The notes under the pieces are model-generated. The model saw nothing but the letters and a program-made list of their open reading frames with translations, was not told the DNA's origin and did no database searches. Below, in pieces: positions 24,771 to 33,018 of a stretch of 64,000 bases of DNA; the stretch's first letter is position 1, and each line of letters starts with the position of its first letter. Both the position numbers and the translations under genes were made by a program. Origin of the DNA: Candidatus Latescibacterota bacterium. GTDB lineage: Bacteria > Latescibacterota > UBA2968 > UBA8231. The stretch is from the NCBI GenBank assembly GCA_965203355.1, contig OZ241889.1:1792001-1856000 (forward strand). Direction: 5' to 3'.

Positions 24771-24830
24771 ATCGTATTTCAATACGATTATACCTTGTTT
24801 CAATACGATTATACCTTGTTTTAATACGAC
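24771..24830. promoter_or_regulatory. Putative upstream activator sequence: palindrome plus 21-bp tandem repeat
   Basis: Perfect palindrome ATCGTATT-TC-AATACGAT (24771-24788); unit TTTCAATACGATTATACCTTG at 24777 and 24798, partial third at 24819; extra ATCGTAT half-site at 24735. Confidence 0.7.
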
Positions 24831-24927
24831 TCCGATATCCATATTAAAGTAGAAAAAAATGGAAATTATCGAAGTAAAGTCATTATAAACAACAGGTTAT
24901 TAACAGAACTAATCCTAATATGACATA

Positions 24928-24944
24928 TAGGCACACTTTTTGCC
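24928..24944 (+). promoter_or_regulatory. Sigma54 -24/-12 promoter
   Basis: TAGGCACACTTTTTGCC: GG(24930-31)-N10-GC(24942-43), matches GGCAC-N5-TTGC consensus; adjacent divergent bEBP gene. Confidence 0.85.
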
Positions 24945-25022
24945 TTAGTGTTAAGTAAAGTGGGAACTGATAGGCGCAGTCCTAATTCCATTTATCCAAT
25001 CCGTAACACAGGAGGATTTATT

Positions 25023-25256
25023 ATGGAAAAGCTGCACAAACCCCAGCCCGCCTATGAGCCTAACAAGGTTCAGGCATACAATAATGAAAGGGGCCGTTGG
25101 ACGGATACTGGAGACGATATCCTCGATCTTCCCAATGGCTGCCGGAAATACATTCCGATGGAAATGTGTACGATCGTTTGGAACCCTAACAAAAACTGTG
25201 CTTCTATCGGAACGAAACGAGCGGATCCCGGAAGGGCCACTCGCACGGAATGCTAG
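25023..25256 (+). CDS. Putative RiPP precursor peptide, 77 aa, CLI_3235-like leader, 4 Cys
   Basis: Strong AGGAGG RBS (25010-15); first gene after the sigma54 promoter; MEKLHKPQPAYEPNKVQAY leader followed by core with C40, C49, C59, C77. Confidence 0.75.
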   Translation: MEKLHKPQPAYEPNKVQAYNNERGRWTDTGDDILDLPNGCRKYIPMEMCTIVWNPNKNCASIGTKRADPGRATRTEC

Positions 25257-25275
25257 TACTGCCGAGGACGCGACT

Positions 25276-25317
25276 CTTTCGTTGCTAAGAGGTTTTGACC
25301 TCTTGAGTTGGCGAAAG
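25276..25317 (+). terminator. Stem-loop after the precursor gene (attenuating or mRNA-stabilising)
   Basis: CTTTCGTTGCTAAGAGG-TTTTGA-CCTCTTGAGTTGGCGAAAG. Confidence 0.55.
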
Positions 25318-25427
25318 CCCTATTTTGTTCCCACGTTTGACCCAATGAGTAGCAATTCGGCGTATACCGAATTGCTACTCATTAGCGTTCTGACCATTTT
25401 GCATTGCTTGTGAAATTGGGGTCATAC

Positions 25428-26705
25428 ATGCAGCGATTTTTTAGTTTTCCTCTGAGTGGGCTAATAGCCGGTCTCGTGCTCATCGGCGAGGCCGGAAGTC
25501 AAGAGAACGTTTTATTTTGGCCAGCCAATCTGAAACACATTCCCAAACGATCCGTAGTCCAAGATGACCGTCGCCTGCACCTAAGGCTCGAAAAGGTTAT
25601 CCGCTTAAAGTTGGATGAACATACACCTGTCCTAGATAGTGTACTCAAAGGACAGTGGGCTCTAGGGGATAGTACCTTCTTTTTTATTTCCGGTGCGCTC
25701 TATGAATTCGACCAGACTGGTACCTATGTCCGTACCATCGGGCGGCGAGGTAAGGGACCTGGCGAATACCAAAATCCCACTCATGTCTCCGTAGATGCCG
25801 AGGGCCGTATTTACGTGGTAGCAGACCCCTTTCTCCTCCATGTATATGATAGAACAGGTCGTCATCTACATACTTATAAGGATCAGGCGGTCCGTCGTCT
25901 TTTCTTTGATACACAGGGAAACTTGGTGCAGTTGATAGAAGATTGGTTTGAAGCGCCGTCCGCTTGGAAAGATCGGTTCGCTCGGTTTATACCCGGGGTG
26001 AGGCATTCGCCTATATTTGTGGGGTTGACCAAGAGGAATCGGCAGGGGAAGCCTTTGTATCGGCTGGCTATCTCTACAGATGAGACCGTGGATGTCTTGT
26101 CCTATATGTTATCAAGGATTAGTCTCTGTTACAGTGAAACCAAGGATCGACTCTACTACGTGGAGCCGTGGGACTATAAAATCAAGGTGATTGATGCCCA
26201 TCGTGGACAGATCGTCGAACAATTTGGCCCCGAGCCGGAGTACTATCACAGCATGAGACGGGAAGTTGACTTTCCCATTTACGAGCCCCGTGATTCCGAC
26301 GAACTCTATGAGGCTAAGTTTAATGCATCGTTTACAGAGGAATTGCACCTGCTGGACGAGAAATATGTTCTGTATGTGTATCGCCCAGGCAAATCTGCCC
26401 TTGAGGGAGTTTTCGGGACGAAAAGGAAAGAGGTACGTGGGGGGGTTTGTCTGGCCTATGATATTAGCTCTGGAGACACCATCCGAGTTTTCCAGATGAT
26501 GAAGGAATCTCTTGACGACTGGCGATTGTATCATCCTGATTCCGAAGAAAGAGGGGGAATAAATACGGGTGGAACCAGAAGAGGAAGCTCTCCTACGAAT
26601 GTGATTGCTAGAGGGGAGTACTTGTACATTTATAAACCACCTCCAGAAAACATAATGGAGACTTCGAATGGCCGCGTCGAGGTTTTTACTGTCTCTGTTG
26701 AATGA
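25428..26705 (+). CDS. Exported 6-bladed (NHL-like) beta-propeller protein
   Basis: Signal peptide; FDQTGTYVRTIGRRGKGPGEYQNP, VDAEGRIYV, YDRTG motifs. Confidence 0.75.
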   Translation: MQRFFSFPLSGLIAGLVLIGEAGSQENVLFWPANLKHIPKRSVVQDDRRLHLRLEKVIRLKLDEHTPVLDSVLKGQWALGDSTFFFISGALYEFDQTGTYVRTIGRRGKGPGEYQNPTHVSVDAEGRIYVVADPFLLHVYDRTGRHLHTYKDQAVRRLFFDTQGNLVQLIEDWFEAPSAWKDRFARFIPGVRHSPIFVGLTKRNRQGKPLYRLAISTDETVDVLSYMLSRISLCYSETKDRLYYVEPWDYKIKVIDAHRGQIVEQFGPEPEYYHSMRREVDFPIYEPRDSDELYEAKFNASFTEELHLLDEKYVLYVYRPGKSALEGVFGTKRKEVRGGVCLAYDISSGDTIRVFQMMKESLDDWRLYHPDSEERGGINTGGTRRGSSPTNVIARGEYLYIYKPPPENIMETSNGRVEVFTVSVE

Positions 26706-26811
26706 GAAATATTCATACGAGTATAGTATGTTCACGAGAAGGGGCGAAGCACACAGCTTTCAAGTCGTGTAGGATTGCTATATAACTAAACTGTAACGAT
26801 AGAGTAACAAG

Positions 26812-27537
26812 ATGAAAGATTTTATAAAGATAAGTTCCCTAGTCGCCAATCTTTTGCTAGTGATCTTGCTGGGAATTTCTTTTGCTTGGATATATAAAGC
26901 AGAATATAGATTGTCCCACAGTTCGGGTCAATTGGCGACAGAACGCACTAGATTATATGAAGAATTTATAATTGCAACCATGATGGCAGACCGTCTTTTG
27001 GGATTGCCATTCCCTCGACTTGCTCTGGTCGATGTCTATAACAAGAATATATCAACTGATTTCTCACAAAAAGAGGGTGCCTTAATTCTCGTATTCGATC
27101 CTCAAACCTGTCAACCTTGCTTAATAGCTCAACTCAAGTTGTTGAATCATGTTTACAAACAACTTAAAAATCCAGATACATTTCCAGTCATTGCAATTGC
27201 CCCTCGCTATCACTCTCAGTTGATAAAACGATATGCTTTGAAATACGAATTGCAATATACAATAATAGCTGATAAAAAAGATCAAATCTTCAATGATAAC
27301 AATGAAGTACTTTACAAAGCAACTCCTGCCGTATATTTAGTTAATCAGAACAACACTATAATACGAAGCCATATTCCCGTATTTAGGAAACCTTATATTT
27401 CTGTTCTATTTTTTTATGAGGTACAAAATCTAATACCTCTTTCGGAGCCTATTTTTTCCTATATAGAACCTTTATTACTTATTGATGTTGTGAAAGGTGA
27501 TTTTGATCTTGAACCTATCGAGTACTTCCTCTATTGA
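26812..27537 (+). CDS. Membrane-anchored thioredoxin-fold (TlpA/AhpC-TSA-like) protein
   Basis: N-terminal TM; FDPQTCQPC CxxC; ATPAVYLVNQNNTI cis-Pro strand. Confidence 0.75.
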   Translation: MKDFIKISSLVANLLLVILLGISFAWIYKAEYRLSHSSGQLATERTRLYEEFIIATMMADRLLGLPFPRLALVDVYNKNISTDFSQKEGALILVFDPQTCQPCLIAQLKLLNHVYKQLKNPDTFPVIAIAPRYHSQLIKRYALKYELQYTIIADKKDQIFNDNNEVLYKATPAVYLVNQNNTIIRSHIPVFRKPYISVLFFYEVQNLIPLSEPIFSYIEPLLLIDVVKGDFDLEPIEYFLY

Positions 27538-27550
27538 TTTAGAGTCTCTA

Positions 27551-29293
27551 ATGATCTATATAAACAAAAAAACAGCGAGTCGTTTTTTAGCTTTTATCAG
27601 ACCTTATTGGTTTCTACAAAGTGTAGCCTTTATTCTTGCTATATTAAGTACGGCTAGTTTATTAGTCTCTCCTTATATAACAAAGATCATAATAGATGAA
27701 GTACTTCCCAATAGAGACTTATTTTTTCTCAATATAATGCTGGTCATCCTTGTGGGCAGTATTCTCTTTCAATTGGTCATCTCATTTTTTGGCGAATATA
27801 TTTATGCTTGGATTAGTAATAATATCACTTTGGACATGCAGCAGACTCTTTTTCGTCATATGCTGAATTTCTCTTTAACCTTTTATAATCAAAATAAGAA
27901 AGGAGATATTATATATAGGATCGAAGAAGATATAGAAAATATTCAAGATTTTCTTATTACGGGTATAGTCAGGTTTATACATGATGTATTGAAAATAACA
28001 TTTATCATAATCATGCTTTGCTGGCTAAGTTTTGAGTTTTTTTTATGTTCAATCAGTATTATTCCTTTATACATCATTAGTTTGATTTATTTTAGACCGA
28101 AAATAAAAAATATTACAGAGCGTGTCCGTGAAAAACAATCTGATATATTTTCCTTTTTAGTAGAGAGATTCCACAATATTCAACTAATTCAGACGTATAA
28201 CACATACACATACGAGAGTAAAAAATTACGCAAAAATCAGACTGAATTGGTAAACCTGAGTATGAAAAGCACTGTCTATTCCGCTGCAGCGAGTACCGTT
28301 GTGAATAGCATTGTGGGTTTAACGCCAGTGTTTTTCTTAGGCTGGGGCGGTTATCAAATCATAGAAGGAAATCTAACCCTGGGAACTCTAATCGCCTTCA
28401 TGCAATACCTGTCGTTTCTATTTTCTCCAATTAATGACCTAAACAGTCTTTATTTTCAAGCTGTACGAGCATCGGTGTCCATGAATCACTTGATGGAATT
28501 TCTGGAACTGCCTACTCAGCTCAATCTAAATGGTATTGGTGCCGGCTCTGCTTCTTTCTCTTTTGAACGGAAAATAGTGTTTAACGGTATCCATTTTTCC
28601 TACGATGGAGAATCAGTTTTACAAGACTTGAATATGGAACTTATAAAAGGAAAAAAATATGCTATAGTAGGTGCTAGTGGTTGTGGCAAGACTACTCTGG
28701 TCTATCTTTTATGTAGGTTCTATCAGCCTAGTAGGGGAGCTATCTTTATAGATGACACGAACCTTGAAAATATAAATCTTTTTGATATGAGAAAACACGT
28801 TGGATTGGTGACACAAAATAATCAAGTCTTCAACGATACAGTATGGGACAATATACAATATGGAAACATAGAAAGCACTCTCAGCGAAGTTGAGATAGCA
28901 GCTAAGACACTGGATTTGGATAATTATACAGATCGAGATAATCCTGTATTCACCAGATATATTGGTGAGCAAGGAGCACAATTATCTGGTGGTCAAAGAC
29001 AGCGAGTTGCTATTGCTCGAGCTGTACTAAAGGATATAGAAATTATGATCCTGGATGAAGCAACTTCGGCATTAGATTCCAAAGGTGAGCAGATAATTTT
29101 TGCCAAACTAAAAAAGCTGTATAAAGATAAAACCATAATCCTAATTAGCCACCGACTAGCCACGGTCCAAAATGCGGATGAAATCATTTGCTTAGAAAAA
29201 GGAAGAATTGTAGAACAGGGAAACCATGGCGATCTTCTGCGAAAAAAGAGATATTATTGGCAACTCTTTAAAGATCAACTGGAGGAACGTTGA
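27551..29293 (+). CDS. ABC exporter (TMD+NBD fusion, no C39 peptidase domain)
   Basis: TM helices; GASGCGKT Walker A, LSGGQRQR, ILDEATSALD, ISHRL. Confidence 0.93.
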   Translation: MIYINKKTASRFLAFIRPYWFLQSVAFILAILSTASLLVSPYITKIIIDEVLPNRDLFFLNIMLVILVGSILFQLVISFFGEYIYAWISNNITLDMQQTLFRHMLNFSLTFYNQNKKGDIIYRIEEDIENIQDFLITGIVRFIHDVLKITFIIIMLCWLSFEFFLCSISIIPLYIISLIYFRPKIKNITERVREKQSDIFSFLVERFHNIQLIQTYNTYTYESKKLRKNQTELVNLSMKSTVYSAAASTVVNSIVGLTPVFFLGWGGYQIIEGNLTLGTLIAFMQYLSFLFSPINDLNSLYFQAVRASVSMNHLMEFLELPTQLNLNGIGAGSASFSFERKIVFNGIHFSYDGESVLQDLNMELIKGKKYAIVGASGCGKTTLVYLLCRFYQPSRGAIFIDDTNLENINLFDMRKHVGLVTQNNQVFNDTVWDNIQYGNIESTLSEVEIAAKTLDLDNYTDRDNPVFTRYIGEQGAQLSGGQRQRVAIARAVLKDIEIMILDEATSALDSKGEQIIFAKLKKLYKDKTIILISHRLATVQNADEIICLEKGRIVEQGNHGDLLRKKRYYWQLFKDQLEER

Positions 29294-29436
29294 GGGCGAA
29301 TATTCTGCACACCCGACCAAGGCCAAGGTCGCCCCTCATTGATGGCGTACCGCTTGCGGATATTCAACTGCGTGAAGTGAGAGCGCCCATCGGCTTGGTC
29401 TCTCAGCAAGTGCATCTGTTCGGGCCCTGGAGTTGA
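29294..29436 (+). pseudogene. Frameshifted relic of a second ABC transporter ATPase domain
   Basis: Reads RIFCTPDQGQ-(frameshift)-LIDGVPLADIQLREVRAPIGLVSQQVHLF, i.e. the NBD segment up to the Q-loop, in GC-richer codons. Confidence 0.7.
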
Positions 29437-29440
29437 CCGT

Positions 29441-29908
29441 ATGAAGCAACGGCTGTTTATCACCGGCCTTGTGCTCTGGGCCGGGGTGCTGGCGGGAAGC
29501 GTGTACGCCCTCTGGTCTTATGCAGATCGCTTGCTGTCCGGTGTGCCGCTGGGCGGCTTTGAAGATGCGGCTGTTCACCGACTCAATCCGCTGGAGGCTA
29601 AGCGGAGTTTCGACCGTGGCGCGGCCGTTTTTGTCGATGTGCGATCGGCTTTTGCTTACGAGGCCGGGCACATCCTCGGTGCCTTGCACCTACCTTCCCA
29701 TGTTTCTACGGCTCACTTACGCGAAGTGCTGGCGTCTTATCCGGCGGATATCCGAGTTATCACCTACTGTTCGGGCGGCGGTTGCCAGAGCAGTCGTACG
29801 CTGGCGAAGCGACTCGTCGAAGAGTCCGTCCGCGATGAAGTCTATGTCCTGACCGGCGGCTGGCCCGCTTGGCAAGCGGCCGGGGTGGGCGAGGAGGCTG
29901 GCTCGTGA
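29441..29908 (+). CDS. Membrane-anchored rhodanese-like domain protein
   Basis: N-terminal TM; FVDVRS, YEAGHILGA, ITYCSGGGC, LTGGWPAW. Confidence 0.85.
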   Translation: MKQRLFITGLVLWAGVLAGSVYALWSYADRLLSGVPLGGFEDAAVHRLNPLEAKRSFDRGAAVFVDVRSAFAYEAGHILGALHLPSHVSTAHLREVLASYPADIRVITYCSGGGCQSSRTLAKRLVEESVRDEVYVLTGGWPAWQAAGVGEEAGS

Positions 29909-31851
29909 GCTTTCCTTTTGCGGACCAGACCGGCCGTGGCGTCAAGGTCGCAGTAGTCGATAGCGGCATCGTCCCCGATCACCCCAAGGTAGGGCCCGTG
30001 GCTGGCGGGGTTGGGCTTGCTATGGGGCCAGACGGCACCATCCGCTATAGCGACGACCACGTTGATGGCGCCGGGCATGGCACGGCCTGCGCTGGCATCA
30101 TTCGCCGCAAAGCACCGGAGGCCGAGCTATACAGTGTGCGCATCTTCGACGAGTCGCTCCAAGCCGATAGCCGCTTGCTGATTGCGGCCATTGAATGGGC
30201 CTTGGCTCAAGGCATGGACCTTATCAACCTGAGCTTGGGCACGACGGAGGTGACATACCGCGACGCTTTGGAACGGATGTGTCGGCAGGCTGCTGACCAA
30301 GGCGTCCTGTTGATAGCTGCCGAGCATGAAGAAGGCCGGGAGAGCTATCCAGCCCATTTGCCCCCAGTCATTGGCGTGGGCGCGGGCAAAGTGCGAGGTC
30401 TCTATGCGTATCACTATCGCCGAGGGGAGACCATTGAGTGTATTGCTCGGGGTGACTCCCAACGCCTATGCTGGCTGGAGCCGCCTGAGATTATGACGGC
30501 TGGCACCAGCTTTGCCGCGCCTCACCTGACCGGCTTAGTCGCTCTAATCCGCGAGGCGCATCCCAAGGCCGACTTGGAATCAGTGCGTCAACTCCTGCAC
30601 CTTCACGCCCCTCCTACTGCTCGCTCCGTGCCCAAATCCATTGTCCCATCCGAGGCCGAGGAGTCATTCGCTTGGATCCAGAAAGCCGCGCTCTATCCCT
30701 ACAACAAGGAAATGCACGCCCTAATGCGCGGGCGCGATCTGCTCGGCTTTGAGATCGTTGGCATCGGTGATCCCATCGGCAAGGGCCTGACCGGCCAAGA
30801 CGCCGGTCAGGCCCTTGGCCTACCCCCGGTGGGCTTTCAAGTTGCGCCGCGATTGGCTGTGGCCCTGCAAGGGGCTGATACCCTCATTTTGGGATATGTA
30901 GATGAACTGGGTCGCATCCGCAAAAAGGACGTTTTGCGCGAAGCCGTGCAACTGGCACTGGATCAAGGCGTTCACGTCTTCAGCCTGCTGGCCCTGCCCC
31001 GCGAGGGCTACGCCGATTTGTACGAACAGGCCGCGGCCAAGGGCCTGCGCCTGTACTATCCGGCGTTGTCGGCCAAAGACGCGCAGCAGACCCTCGCCTC
31101 GGCCGGGGAGTATCCCCAAGTGGATGTGCCAGTTGTGGCGGTCTTGGGTACCAGTTCACAGCAGGGCAAGTTCACGCTGCAACTGGCCTTGCGTCGCCGC
31201 CTGCTGGAACGGGGCTACCGAGTCGGACAACTCGGCACCGAGCACCACGCCGCGCTGTTCGGCATGGACTGCGCTTTCCCGATGGGCTACGCCGCATCCA
31301 TCGAGATGCCCCTGGATTATTACGCTCCCTACTTAGACGCCAAGATGCGCCAAATCAATCAACGCAAGTGCCCGCATATAATCTTGGTCGGCAGCCAATC
31401 GGGCACCGTGCCGTACAACGTAAGCGAACCCACAACCCACACTCTGTCCACCGTCGCCTTCCTAATGGGGGTCAAGCCAGACGCCTGCCTACTGGTGGTC
31501 AACAGTATAGATACCGACGACTACATTCAGGACACCATAGACGGCATCCGAGCGATGTGCCACGCACCGACCCTGCTGTTGGCCATGAGCGATAAGGAAA
31601 AGCACGTGCGGGAGGCGTATGGGCGCACCGCTATAAAACCCCGACCCATGCGCACAGAAGACCGCCGCCGCAAGTTGCGCCACTTGGAACAGACGTTTAA
31701 GCGGCCGGCCCTATCCATCGCCTCCCAAGCCGATGTCCACAAGGCTGTCGAGGTGGTGATTGACTATTTCGCCGAGAACGAGAATAAGGTACTTGGTAAC
31801 GAAGGGGTCTCAGGTGTGAAACACCCTCGCGCCAGGGCGGTGGCTGGATAG
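29905..31851 (+). CDS. S8 (subtilisin-like) protease fused to a TIGR04066/DUF1611-like P-loop domain
   Basis: GTG start with GAGGAGG RBS overlapping rhodanese stop; triad VDSG/HGTACAG/GTSFAAP; C-terminal LYPYNKE...VPVVAVLGTSSQQGKFTLQLAL...GYRVGQLGTE. Confidence 0.8.
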   Translation: MSFPFADQTGRGVKVAVVDSGIVPDHPKVGPVAGGVGLAMGPDGTIRYSDDHVDGAGHGTACAGIIRRKAPEAELYSVRIFDESLQADSRLLIAAIEWALAQGMDLINLSLGTTEVTYRDALERMCRQAADQGVLLIAAEHEEGRESYPAHLPPVIGVGAGKVRGLYAYHYRRGETIECIARGDSQRLCWLEPPEIMTAGTSFAAPHLTGLVALIREAHPKADLESVRQLLHLHAPPTARSVPKSIVPSEAEESFAWIQKAALYPYNKEMHALMRGRDLLGFEIVGIGDPIGKGLTGQDAGQALGLPPVGFQVAPRLAVALQGADTLILGYVDELGRIRKKDVLREAVQLALDQGVHVFSLLALPREGYADLYEQAAAKGLRLYYPALSAKDAQQTLASAGEYPQVDVPVVAVLGTSSQQGKFTLQLALRRRLLERGYRVGQLGTEHHAALFGMDCAFPMGYAASIEMPLDYYAPYLDAKMRQINQRKCPHIILVGSQSGTVPYNVSEPTTHTLSTVAFLMGVKPDACLLVVNSIDTDDYIQDTIDGIRAMCHAPTLLLAMSDKEKHVREAYGRTAIKPRPMRTEDRRRKLRHLEQTFKRPALSIASQADVHKAVEVVIDYFAENENKVLGNEGVSGVKHPRARAVAG

Positions 31852-31910
31852 GGCTTCTGGGCTATTTATCTGGGGAACGGATGATGCCCATTTGGGGTAG
31901 GGCACTGGGC

Positions 31911-31936
31911 GGGATTCCTGCTTTCGCGGAAATGAC
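31911..31936. repeat. REP-like palindrome related to that at 23512
   Basis: GGATTCCTGCTTTCGCGGAAATGAC (ATTCC-N8/9-GGAAAT-GAC). Confidence 0.55.
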
Positions 31937-31998
31937 GACAGAGAGCGGTAGAAAGTCGCCGAGGAAAACGACTGCTTATCACCAGTGAGGAAAACAGA

Positions 31999-32262
31999 AT
32001 GCACGATCCAATAACCCGCCGAGTGAAACAGGCTCTCGTCCAAGCCCTTGGGCTCGACGTCAATCCAGACGAAATAGACGACAACGAGCCGCTGTTCGGA
32101 GAGGGCTTGGGGGCCGATTCCATCGCCTCGTTGGAAATCGTCTTTGCCCTGGAAGAAGAGTTTGGCTTTGAGGTGGAGGACGAAGATTTGCAGGTAGAAC
32201 TGTTCGATTCAGTGCGGACGCTGAGCCAGTATGTCGCTGGAAAGACAGTGGTTCGTGGTTAG
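31999..32262 (+). CDS. Acyl carrier protein
   Basis: 87 aa, acidic; LGADSIASLEIVFALEEEFG with phosphopantetheine Ser; GAGG RBS. Confidence 0.9.
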   Translation: MHDPITRRVKQALVQALGLDVNPDEIDDNEPLFGEGLGADSIASLEIVFALEEEFGFEVEDEDLQVELFDSVRTLSQYVAGKTVVRG

Positions 32263-32320
32263 CTTCCTCACCTTTGGTCCCTGAAGCCTGTCGAAGGGGG
32301 CAATATCCGCTGGAGCAACT

Positions 32321-32986
32321 ATGCCACCGAAGCATTCAGTCATCGTCGGTCTCGCGCCCCATTGCAACAACGCTGGCATCGCCTCTTGTTGCGACCCGAC
32401 GGCCTATGGACTCGATGGGATGGGCACAATCTTTTGCGCTGACCATCTTCCGGCCTTGGGAACAACGGTCGTTTGTAATGGAACGCGGTTTGTCTTGCCC
32501 GATAAAAGCGACGGGACGCCCGACAATATCGCCTGCGAGGGGCAAGACATGCCGCTGCCGGTAGGGCGTTATCGCGCCCTGCACGTTCTTGGGATGTGCG
32601 ACTGGCGCGCCTTTGAAGAGCCACTGCGGCTGATGGCAACTGATGGCACCGGCACGGAAACGAGCCTCGGACTCAGCGACGCCTCGCACTACCAAGGGCT
32701 ACACTACGGTGAACGCGAGGCCCTAACGTGCCCGTTGGTCACCCCTGATAGCCTCATTCCCCACGTATTCCTCTTTGGCATCACCCCACCGGGCGCGGAC
32801 GCAGACTATGAGATGACACAGACGCAGATTGAGGCTGGGATTTGGCATCAGGTGATTTCCGTGGAACCATCCCGACCGCTTGCGGGACTCGTACTGCCAG
32901 ACAATCCGTCCATGCACCTATTCGCCTTGACCTTGGAAGTACTCGCGGAACGCAGTGCTCTTGCCCGCGAAAGCCACTCCACTTGA
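32321..32986 (+). CDS. Hypothetical protein, beta-sandwich/jelly-roll-like domain
   Basis: GTRFVLP...DNIACEGQDMPLPVGRYRALHVLG...DGT...LSD...LPDNPSMHLFALTL resembles accessory domains of glycoside hydrolases; GGAG RBS. Confidence 0.6.
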   Translation: MPPKHSVIVGLAPHCNNAGIASCCDPTAYGLDGMGTIFCADHLPALGTTVVCNGTRFVLPDKSDGTPDNIACEGQDMPLPVGRYRALHVLGMCDWRAFEEPLRLMATDGTGTETSLGLSDASHYQGLHYGEREALTCPLVTPDSLIPHVFLFGITPPGADADYEMTQTQIEAGIWHQVISVEPSRPLAGLVLPDNPSMHLFALTLEVLAERSALARESHST

Positions 32987-33018
32987 AGGCGCAACGCTCT
33001 CGTTCTCAGAGGCTTGCT

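Noticed and set aside
24777-24830. 21-bp direct repeats as a CRISPR array or plasmid iterons
   Set aside because: Units are contiguous with no spacers, only about 2.5 copies, and no cas or rep gene nearby; position fits a bEBP enhancer
24948-25256. 102-aa version of the precursor ORF
   Set aside because: The GTG at 24948 lies just behind the -12 box, before the likely TSS; a strong RBS supports ATG 25023
25023-25256. Lasso peptide or lanthipeptide precursor
   Set aside because: No asparagine-synthetase-like cyclase, RRE/B protein or LanB/C/M gene; YEPN is not a true YxxP motif; no double-Gly site or C39 transporter
31810-31825. parS site (GTGAAACA)
   Set aside because: Only a half-site; the left arm does not match TGTTTCAC
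27551-31851. Quinohemoprotein amine dehydrogenase (qhp) maturation operon (S8 + ABC + small Cys peptide)
   Set aside because: No heme-binding alpha subunit, QhpD radical SAM or QhpG; the peptide does not resemble QhpC
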